The notes beneath the pieces are model-generated. The model was not told where the DNA came from. It was given only the letters and a program-made list of their open reading frames with translations, and did not search any database. Below, piece after piece: positions 1 to 9,925 of a stretch of 64,000 nucleotides of DNA (position 1 is the stretch's first letter; every line of letters starts with the position of its first letter). Source of the DNA: Diplonema japonicum. Its lineage: Eukaryota > Protista > Euglenozoa: Diplonemea. Where the stretch lies: positions 186,001 to 250,000 of the forward strand of contig OZ025701.1 in NCBI GenBank assembly GCA_964019335.1. The letters run 5' to 3'. Position numbers and translations under genes: made by a program.

Positions 1-3000
1 TCTTGAGCCTGTCTTCAATCCATTCTAGACGGGTTTCTGCATCTTCTACCCCACCTCGTGTTGCCAGCTTTTCAAACCATGCATTCCACTCAGTGAGGGA
101 GATACCACCGTCAGAGTTGGTGTCCAGTTCACGAAATAGTACCTTGGCCCCAAGTCTCTCTTGCTTCAAAACACGGAGAAGTTCGTCGCGAGACACCTCA
201 CCGTCCTTCGAGCACTTCGCGTCAATCTCATCGAAAGCTGCTACGGATCGCTGCTTCAAAGCAGCCCATGCAGCTTCGTCACGTGCGATACGTGACACCC
301 CTGGGCTCTGTAGTGGGTATGCTCGTGAAGATACCTTACATACCAGTGCTGCTTCGTCTGGTGTCATAATCTTGTCGCATGTCTTGAGCCTATCTCCGAT
401 CCACTCCAGACGTGTCTCTGCCTCCTCCACCCCACCTCGTGTTGCAAGCCTTTCAAACCAGGCATTCCACTCAGTGAGGGATATCCCACCGTCAGAGTTG
501 GTGTCCAGTTCATGGAACAAGATCTTGGCCCCGAGCCTCTCTTGCTTCAAAACACGGAGAAGTTCGTCACGAGACACCTCACCGTCTTTGGAGCACTTCG
601 CATCGATCTCATCGAAGGCCGCTTTGGTCTTTTTGAACAACTCTTCCATTTTTTGGATGTCGTGGTGGATGCGGTCCGCTCCCTGAGAGTTGTGTCGAGA
701 TGCAGCAAAAGCATACCAAGGAAACGGTCTCAGGAGTCGCAATTTGGTCGCACGTCGTGAGTCTGTCTTGAATCCACTCCAGACGTGTCTCTGCCTCCTC
801 CACCCCACCTCGTGTTGCAAGCCTTTCGAACCAGGCATTCCACTCAGTGAGGGAGATACCACCGTCAGAGTTGGTGTCCAATTCATGGAATAAGATCTTG
901 GCCCCGAGCCTCTCTTGCTTCAAAACGCGGAGAAGTTCGTCACGCGACACCTCACCATCCTTCGAGCATTTTGCATCAATCTCATCGAAGGCCGCTTTAG
1001 TCTTCTTGAACAGTTCCTCCCTCGCCTCAATATCGTGGTGGATGCGGTCCGTTCCCTGAAACAAATGCATTCTTTTTTTTTTTCAGTACTGCATACCAAA
1101 CAAAGTTCCTCGGGAGTCGCGATCTCACAGCATGTCTTCAGACGGTCTTCAATCCATTCCAGACGTGTCTCTGCCTCAGGTATGCCTCCTTTTTCTCTCA
1201 GTCTGTTGAACCAGGCATTCCACTCAGTGAGGGAGATACCACCGTCAGAGTTGGTGTCCAGTTCATGGAATAGTACCTTGGCCCCAAGCCTCTCTTGCTT
1301 CAGAACACGGAGAAGTTCGTCGCGAGACACCTCACCGTCCTTCGAGCACTTCGCGTCAATCTCATCGAAAGCTGCTGCAACTCGCTTCTTGAGCGCCACA
1401 ACTGCTTCGTTATTTTCAGCAATCCGAGTTGCACCAGTACTCTGCAAGGAGGCTTGAAAACATAAAACAATCATACCAAAGCAGGCTCTTCAGGCGTGGC
1501 AATCTCACCGCACGTCTTGAGCCTGTCCTCAATCCACTCCAGACGTGTTTCTGCCTCCTCCACCCCACCTCGTGTTGCAAGCCTTTCAAACCAGGCATTC
1601 CACTCAGTGAGGGATATCCCACCGTCAGAGTTGGTGTCCAGTTCATGGAACAAGATCTTGGCCCCGAGCCTCTCTTGCTTCAAAACACGGAGAAGTTCGT
1701 CACGAGACACCTCACCGTCTTTGGAGCACTTCGCATCGATCTCATCGAAGGCCGCTTTGGTCTTTTTGAACAACTCTTCCATTTTTTGGATGTCGTGGTG
1801 GATGCGGTCCGCTCCCTGAGTGCGTGTGTCAAGATGAGCATAAGCATACCAAGGAGACTTCTTCGGGCGTTGCAATCTCGCCGCACGTTTTTAACCTGTC
1901 TTGAATCCACTCCAGACGTGTCTCTGCCTCCTCCACCCCACCTCGTGTTGCAAGCCTTTCGAACCAGGCATTCCACTCAGTGAGGGAGATACCACCGTCA
2001 GAGTTGGTGTCCAGTTCATGGAACAAGATCTTGGCCCCGAGCCTCTCTTGCTTCAGAACACGGAGAAGTTCGTCACGAGACACCTCACCGTCCTTCGAGC
2101 ACTTCGCATCGATCTCATCGAAGGCTACTTTGGTTTTTGCAAAGAGGGCCTCTCTTTCATGAGCTTCCATAGGTGGCGGCGGCTGTGGCTGCATAGTGGG
2201 AGTGGGCTCAGACGGCTCGTGTGGGTCGTCGAGGTGTGACTCGATCCACGTAAGGTGCGACATAGCTTCTTCGATGCCGCCTTTGGTGTAGAGTTTGCAG
2301 AACCAGGTGACCCATTCGTTGGAGGTGATCAAACCATCGTGTGTGGGGGTGAGGTCACGAAAGAGAATAGAGGCAGAGAGGGGTTCCTGCTTGAGAGTGG
2401 CGCAGAGGGAGGGGATGGACAAGGTAGGAGTGCTACTGACAGCTTGGAGCTTGCTGAAAGCTTCGTTGGCCATGGCGACAAATGCAGGAGGGAGCTGTAT
2501 GGGGGATACCATCGGGTCATCTTCAAACTGGTCGCCGTCCCCTGTGCACTCATCTGCGAAGTGAAGAAGTGACGACCTCTTGGAACATACTGCTGCTGTA
2601 TTGCACTCCTTCACTTCGTCACATTCATCCTCAAACTGGTCGCCGTTCCCTGTGCACTCGTCTGCGAAGCGAATAAGTGACGACCTCTTGGAACATACTG
2701 CTGCTGAATTGCCGTCGCACTCCTTCACTTCGTCACATTCATCTTCAAACCGAAGCTGCGAGCTTCTACGCGGGCACGACCCCTCGCTCGCAGTGTCCTC
2801 GAATTGGATGCTTTTCTTTGAAGAGTTAGCTTCGCACACATCATCTTCAAAGTGAATGCTCCGCTTCGAGGAGTTTGCCTCTTCGCAATCATCTTCGAAG
2901 CGCAAGGAACTCCTCTTCCGAGGAGCAGGGTCTTCATCTGCAAACCGCAGCTGGCTGCTCCGCCTCGACGAACTCGCTTCAGGTTCGACAATGCTGCTCC

Positions 3001-3064
3001 TTCTAGAGCTCCCACCGTCTTCTTCAAACCTCACGTTTGATAGCCGTTGGCCATCTTCTTCCAT
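1..3064 (-). CDS. Tandem EF-hand repeat protein, 3' end outside window; exons 3064-1850, 1815-1477, 1441-1097, 1055-717, 682-344, 307-<1
   Basis: ATG at 3064 (MEEDGQRLSNVRF). Repeated unit AFDEIDAKCSKDGEVSRDELLRVLKQERLGAKILFHELDTNSDGGISLTEWNAWF contains a canonical EF loop (DTNSDGGISLTE). The ORF-track frame breaks are explained by five phase-0 GTATG...CAG introns: 1816-1849, 1442-1476, 1056-1096, 683-716, 308-343. Internal exons are 339/345/339/339 nt, all multiples of 3. Confidence 0.9.
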
Positions 3065-3223
3065 GGCTCCTGTGGCGTGGCAGGGTGTGGAAAGGAATCG
3101 GGAAATATAAAAACGATATTTATCCACATTAAAAAAAAAGGAAGAAGGGGATGTTACTGAGGGATACTGGAGAGGGGGGGGGGGGGGGGGGGGTGAGAAT
3201 GAGAAACACCCCTAAATGTGTGC

Positions 3224-3536
3224 CTATCCTGACTTAAATATCAGGAAAGCCGCTTGTCCGAGATAAAAATAGATGTAATGCCCGACCTCGTGGGTTACCT
3301 GCGACCCGAAATTTCTGCCGACAAAGGCGTGCCAGGTGTTCCCGTGTTTTCGGTCGAATTCTTTCTTAACGTGTGAGGCAACGTCTTTCTCCGTGTTGTA
3401 CCTTTTTTTTTTTTCCCTTTCTTTTTTTTTTCTCAACACACCTATCCAAGGCATCCAAGGCTGTAGAGATTGCAAACTGTTCCATGTCTTTCGGCATGTC
3501 CGAGATCCTCACCACTGCATGCTGACCGCTCGCCAT
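3224..3536 (-). CDS. Dynein light chain LC8 family, copy 1 (90 aa; intron 3402-3441)
   Basis: Spliced product [90 protein letters not shown] has the LC8 signature. A 40-nt GT-AG intron restores the frame. Confidence 0.95.
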
Positions 3537-3866
3537 GCAATTAACTGGGTGTAAAATCTCGAATTATGAAAGAAAAAATAAAAAAAAAAGAGGAGTATAA
3601 AGGAGGTTCCCGTTTTTTGGAACGTCCCCTTTTTTTGTCTCTACTTTATCTATCCCCTTTCCCTGTTTCTTAGAAAAGAAACTTATTCTTTTAAGGTACC
3701 GGATTTTGGACTTGATATGGAATGAAGAATATTTGAAAAAAGGAAAGTGTTTGGAACAGTTAAACAGATAAATTATGGAACTGAAATTCGGGAAAACCTT
3801 ATTCCGTTTCACTACTGCGTAGCTGCCCATGGTGCTCCGGGAGCACCGGCCCTCTGTCGTACCCAT

Positions 3867-3940
3867 AATGCTGCTCCCTCTAGAGCTCCCACCGTCTTCT
3901 ACCAGCCTCACGTTTGATGGCGTCGTTAAGTTTCTTCCAT
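3867..3940 (-). pseudogene. Truncated, stop-containing duplicate of the EF-hand gene 5' end
   Basis: ATG GAA GAA ACT TAA (3940-3926), then sequence homologous to SNVRFEEDGGSSRRSSI. Homology is lost below about 3867. Confidence 0.75.
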
Positions 3941-4133
3941 GGCTCCTGTGGCGTGGCGCATGGTGCGGAAAGGAATCGAGAAATATAAAAAAAAAAAAAA
4001 AAACGGTATTTATCCACATTAAAAAAAAAAAAAAAAAAAAGAAAGAAAGAAGAAGAAGAAGAAAGCAGAGGTTGTTACTGAGGGATACTGAAGAGGGAGG
4101 GGGTGGGAATGAGAAACACCCCTAAATGTGTGC

Positions 4134-4447
4134 CTATCCTGACTTAAATATCAGGAAAGCCGCTTGTCCGAGATAAAAATAGATGTAATGCCCGACCTCG
4201 TGGGTTACCTGCGACCCGAAATTTCTGCCGACAAAGGCGTGCCAGGTGTTCCCGTGTTTTCGGTCGAATTCTTTCTTAACGTGTGAGGCAACGTCTTTCT
4301 CCGTGTTGTACCTTTTTTTTTTTTTCCCTTTCTTTTTTTTTTCTCAACACACCTATCCAAGGCATCCAAGGCTGTAGAGATTGCAAACTGTTCCATGTCT
4401 TTCGGCATGTCCGAGATCCTCACCACTGCATGCTGACCGCTCGCCAT
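4134..4447 (-). CDS. Dynein light chain LC8 family, copy 2 (90 aa; intron 4312-4352)
   Basis: Same coding sequence as copy 1. The intron is 41 nt instead of 40 (A-run length differs). Confidence 0.95.
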
Positions 4448-5037
4448 GCAATTAACTGGGTGTAAAATCTCGAATGATGAAAGAAAAATAGAGAAACATA
4501 AACATAAACAAGTGGGAAGGGGAAGCAGGGAGAACAGAAGTTGGGGGGGAGGGAATTTAAGGTTAGTACACCGTAAACAGAAACTTAAGAGGGAAGAGGG
4601 GAGGGGGAGAGGGACTTTCTCGCGCTTTTTATCTTTTTCTCTTTCAAAAAAAAAACAAAACAAAAACAAACAAAAAAGATCGGCGAATTCTCTTTTTATT
4701 TTTATTTTCTTTCAATATATATTTTCACCCTTCCCCCCCCCGTCAATATTGCGTCCTTTCCGCCCCCTCACAAAAGGGGCTTTGTTGAATTAGATTTCGT
4801 TACGCTCAGTTAAATTATGGGGCCTAAGAAATATGGTGCTTTACAAAAAAAGAGCTTCATCTTCATCTTTATAAGCTGGCAATAGGTCTTCTTGAATTTC
4901 TTAAGCGACACAACTACGGGGAACAAGAAAAAAAAAAGGGTGAAACAAAACTACTTACTTACCCGCCAAGAACAAAAAATAGCTATCTGTAGGTAACAAT
5001 AGCTTTCCCCCCCCCCTTTTTTTCTTTCCTTCTTTTT

Positions 5038-5237
5038 NNNNNNNNNNNNNNNNNNNNNNNNNNNNNNNNNNNNNNNNNNNNNNNNNNNNNNNNNNNNNNN
5101 NNNNNNNNNNNNNNNNNNNNNNNNNNNNNNNNNNNNNNNNNNNNNNNNNNNNNNNNNNNNNNNNNNNNNNNNNNNNNNNNNNNNNNNNNNNNNNNNNNNN
5201 NNNNNNNNNNNNNNNNNNNNNNNNNNNNNNNNNNNNN
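5038..5237. other. Assembly gap (200 N)
   Basis: Run of N. Confidence 1.
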
Positions 5238-7509
5238 TCTTTGAAGAAGAAATAAAAAAAGAAAAAAAAGGGGAATAGTGGGTGCGCTGCCACGGTAATC
5301 TAATCAAGGAAAGGAATAAGAGGGGGCAGGCCTTTTACTATTTCTTTTTTTTTTCGATAATTTTTATTTTTCTTAAGAGGTGAAATTGAGCACGCGCTGT
5401 AAAAAAAAGAAAAAACTTCTTCCTTTTTTTATAGTTTCTTGGCTGTACTCCGATATGAAGAAAAAAGAAAAAAAAAAAAAAAAACCAACTTCAGCACAAT
5501 ACCTATTCGCTGCACTGTGAAGTTGGAGAGAGGGGGGGCAGGGCACTTTTCCTTTTTTTTTTTTCTCTTCAAAATATTTTTGAACACGCTATAGTAGTTG
5601 GGGGGGGGAGGGGGGGGTACGGTTAGCTGTGTTCCGATAAATAATGGGGATGAAAATATGCTAATTCGTTTGGTTTTTTTAAAAAAAAAAAAAAGAAAAA
5701 ATACCTCCCCCAGGGGAAAGTCTTGTTGCCTGACAATTCCCTTCCATATGAAAGGGGTCGAGACAGACAGAGCGAGTCTGGGGGGGCTTTTGTTAACACA
5801 ATGTGTAAAAAAAAAGAGGGGGAAGGAGGGGGAGATTTGTGGATTAGTGAACACGCGGATTCAATTTCTTTTTTTTTAAACGCTGTGCTCCGATATATTT
5901 CTTTTTCTTTTATTCTTGGGGAGAGGGAACGCAACGGGATTTTCCCCCCCTCCCCTTTTTTCTTTCTTCCTTACGCCACGAAACTAGCTAGAAACACAAA
6001 GGAAAAAAAGCTGTTACACCTCAACAAGAAAAGAAAAAGCAACGTTTTGTGTCAAAAAGTGGGGGGGGTGGGGGGGGGGGGGGAGCTTGTTTTATAATAT
6101 TCATTCATTCCTTTAGGCCTTTCCGGAGAAGGCTCAAGAAAAAAATTCTTCTTCCTGTCATCTTATGGGTTCGTTTTAATATTTTTTTTTTTAAATTCTT
6201 AACCCCCCTCACAGAAGAGGATAAAAAAATTCGCAAGAAAAGAATGAATTGTACATGTAAAGAATGGGGAGAGAGAATAATAAAAAAAAAACGTTTTGTG
6301 GTATAAAAAGGGGGGAAAAAATCTTCGCCTTTCTTTTTTTTTTTCTCTGGGAGGTTTTTTTTTTCTCTCTAATCTTGTATCTTAAAGAAAAAAGAAATCC
6401 TTTTTTTTTTTTTTTTTTTTTTTACAGCTAGGTAAGTCATATTGAGGCAGAAACTGGGAACAAAAGAGGTAAGGGTGGGGGGGGTTTTTTATTTCTTAAT
6501 TCCCGTTTTTTTTTTCTTTTCTTTTTTTTTTTTTCTCGTTGTTTTCTTTGTGGGCAAGAGGAAACACAGAAAACACGGCCTTATAATAATGACAAAACCC
6601 GCAAATTTATTCAAAAGGAATTCAGAGAATATCGAAAAAAGGGTACTTTCACGCGGAGACGGAAAGTACAAGTAGGAAAAGAAACAGGGAGAAAAAGAGG
6701 GAAAATAATTTCCCATTTTTTTTTCCCTCTTTTCTTTCTTCTCGAAGATAAATGCGGTAGAAAGAGAGGAGCTTCCTTGTTTCGGCAACGAAGGGACACC
6801 TCACGGTAAAAGGGAGGGCAGCGACTGAAAAAAGGTATCTTTTGTAAGCGAAACCCCCACCATCGCATACATGATCACATACTGGTGCCCGAAAAAAAAA
6901 AAAAAAAAAAAAAAAACGTTTTGTGGTATTAGAAAAAAAGAAATTAAATTTTAACCCTGTTTTCTCTGCCAATATTTGACACCAGTTTGACAATAGCTGG
7001 TCGGCATTTTTATTCTTCGGAAAAAAAAAAAGAAAAAAGAAACAAAAAGTTATATAAGAGACAAAGGAGGCCAGTGCTAGTGGCGTCCTGTTTTTTTAAA
7101 AAAGAAGGGGGGGAGGAGGGATGGCAAATAACAATAAGTACGAGGCCGTACCGCTCCCCCCCTCCTCAACCTTGCCTTACTACTCTTCTTGCTCCAGCAA
7201 CGAAGATCTTCAGTGCCAGGTAAAAAAAAAAACAAAAACAAAAAGGGACACCTACTCCCAAGTGCTGTGAGTGGCACATACACCCGAAAAGAGAGGATGT
7301 TCTCTTGGTTTTTTTGGGGGGGGTTTAGGTGTCCTAGAAAAAAAGTATAAAAAAAAAAATTAAAAAAAAAAATGGATAAAGCCGACCGCCTGTGTAGGTG
7401 GCAAATGGGACGAGAAGAGGGTTAAGGTGGGGGGGGGAGGTGGGGGTTTTTTTTGTACTTTTTTTTTTCTTCTTCTTTTTCTGTACACGTTTTATTTTAT
7501 TTTTTTTTC

Positions 7510-7974
7510 TCACATCTCCTTACGGCAAAGAGGGCACGAAGGGGTCCTCTGTGCCCACTGCACCAGACAGTTCTGGTGAATCTGGTGTCCGCATGCAAGC
7601 TGGGTCCAGGTGTGAGAAGATGTAGAAGCGTCCTCCAAACACACAGTACAGGTGGTGCAGTGGGAAGGTGTGCAAGTGGGCATAGCTGTGACATGGGCCG
7701 TCGTCTTCTTCTGCTTCGAGTTTTTCACCTCCGTTACGATAACGGCCAGAATTTGTTTGGTGATGATATCACAGGCTTCCTTGGGAGCCTTGCCGGACAC
7801 TGATAGCTGGACCTTCGCCAGAAACTCTTGCGAGAGCGTCTCTTCAATGCCATCCACGATGTCAGTTTCCCTGCCAGGCACTAACCTTTGGATAAGTTTC
7901 TCCTTCACCTGCCCCACTACCATCCCAACCTGACCCCACTGCGAAGGGCGCGACACGTTGCTCATAACAGCAGT

Positions 7975-7977
<3 letters not shown>
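7510..7977 (-). CDS. RING-H2 zinc finger protein (155 aa)
   Basis: C-terminal CTVCLE...LACGHQIHQNCLVQW...SCPLCR. The ATG at 7977 follows a poly(A) run; the ORF-track extension upstream is homopolymer noise. Confidence 0.88.
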
Positions 7978-8021
<44 letters not shown>

Positions 8022-9830
8022 TCTTCGGTTTTTTTTTTTTTTTTTTTTTCCCCACGCAAGAAAAAAGAAAATAGAAAAATAAAGTATAACGACGATTTTT
8101 TTTTTTTTTTTTTTTTTTTTTTTGGAGTGGAAAAAAAAAAAAAGAAACAAAGAAGAAGGGGCGAGAAAGCAGATGGAATAAGGCAAAAAGAAGAGAAAAA
8201 AAAAAACACACACGCACACCACTTTACTTTTACCGTTGAAGATGCACACGAACGAAAAGGAAGAGAGAAAAAAAAAAGAAGAAAATAACAGGGCGAAAAT
8301 GATAGAGAAAAAAAAGGAAAAGAAAAAAAAAACGGAACAAAGATACGAGTTAGGGGGCTGGGCGAAAAAAAAAAAGAAAATTCAGTATGATTAGGGGGGG
8401 GGGGGAATTTCCTTTTGTTTCCTTCTAACTTTCCATTCAAAATATTTTATGCATGAGTCTGTCAAGGGCGGAAAAAAAGAGAAAAGAAAATGGGAAAGCG
8501 CCACTTCTGCTCGTTGTACGCCCTTTCCCCTCATCCGCTTCTTTTTTTTTTTTATCCTTTCATAGAACTCACATTGATAAAACTCTTTTTAAAAAGTTCT
8601 TTTTTTTTTAAAAAAAAAAAGAAAAAAGCAAAGAATCACATCCCCGCTTTTTCTGGGTAAAAAAAAAAGAGAAAAAAAAAAAAAAAAAAAGAAAAGCTAT
8701 TCATTCATTCTCCTCATTTCTACACCAACGCATAAAAAAAAAGGGAGGGGTGAATATGTGCTAGGGTGTGGGGACTATATGAAGAATTATACTCTTTCCC
8801 CTATTACCTCCTTTTATATGCCTCTCCTTTTGCCCCCCCCCCCCCCAATCGCTGTAATGGTCAGCAACGGGGGAGGGGGGGTTAAAGTGCAACAAAAGAA
8901 AGAAGGACCTCCTTCACTTTTCCTTGAGGTCTTCTAAAGAGCGTGTGACTTAAAAAACATAAGTGTATTTTTTTTCAAGAAAAGTGCCAGGAGGGTTGTT
9001 GTTTTTTTTTTTTTTTTTTCTTTTGTGGAATAAAAAAAAAAAGAAAAAAAGAAGAGACATCACGCCACGCGCTATGTATGAGAATAAGAATAACATTTTT
9101 TTTTCTGAGTCCAAGGGGAAAAAAAAGAGAATAAAAAAAAAAAGGGACATTTCCTAATAATAATAAAAAAAAAAAAAACACATTTTTTTTTTTTTTTTTT
9201 TTTTTTATTTTTCACAAAATGACGAGAGGGTGAAAAAAAAAAAGAAAAATAGAATAGAAAAAAAAAAAACTAGTTTGGCGCTTCATTTGTTTGTGCGTAC
9301 GAGCGGTATTTTACCTATTAAAATAGAATGTCTTTAGTTGCCTCTGAAAATCATTGATTTTTTTGAGCAACTTCTTTTCGCAACGCTAAAGTATGTTGCT
9401 TCCCTTCTGTGCAGAGAGGGTAATAAAATAGCTCATTATGCTGCCATCACAACTAGTTTTCAGTTTCGACAAATGGGGAAACATAAGAAGAAACAGTCCA
9501 AGAGCTTTTCCTACAAAAAAAAAAAAATCGGAAATTTACTTTTTTCTCACAAAGAGAAAAAAAAAAGAAGAAACCAAAAAAAGTCAACAGCAAAAAAACT
9601 GGGAGAGAGGATTGGGGGAGCATTTTCTTTTTTCTTTTTTTTTTAAATTTTCATACTTCAATTTTTTTTTTTTGCCTCCCGAACAAGAAGAAAAAAAAGG
9701 CCACTTTCTTTTTTTTTTTTTTTTTTTTTTTTTTTCAACAAAAAAAAATGTTCAAAAGACCTAATTACTAAATGTTGGGTGTGTATACCATTCATTCTTC
9801 CTCCCCCCCCCCCTTTTTTTTCCAGGTTAG

Positions 9831-9862
<32 letters not shown>

Positions 9863-9925
9863 CCAAACAACAATCACATATCAAACACATATTTTTTTTT
9901 GTCCCCCCCAAAAAAAAAAAATCGC

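Larger units (their letters stand above)
2990..4474. repeat. Local tandem duplication (about 2990-3563 vs about 3867-4474) covering the LC8 gene and the 5' end of the EF-hand gene
   Basis: The LC8 coding sequences match at an offset of 910-911 nt. Flanks such as ccatggctcctgtggcgtgg and gagaaacacccctaaatgtgtgcc are shared. Confidence 0.9.

Noticed and set aside
1-1875. EF-hand repeats as a frameshifted pseudogene or separate small genes
   Set aside because: Every frame break coincides with a phase-0 GTATG...CAG micro-intron that restores one reading frame.
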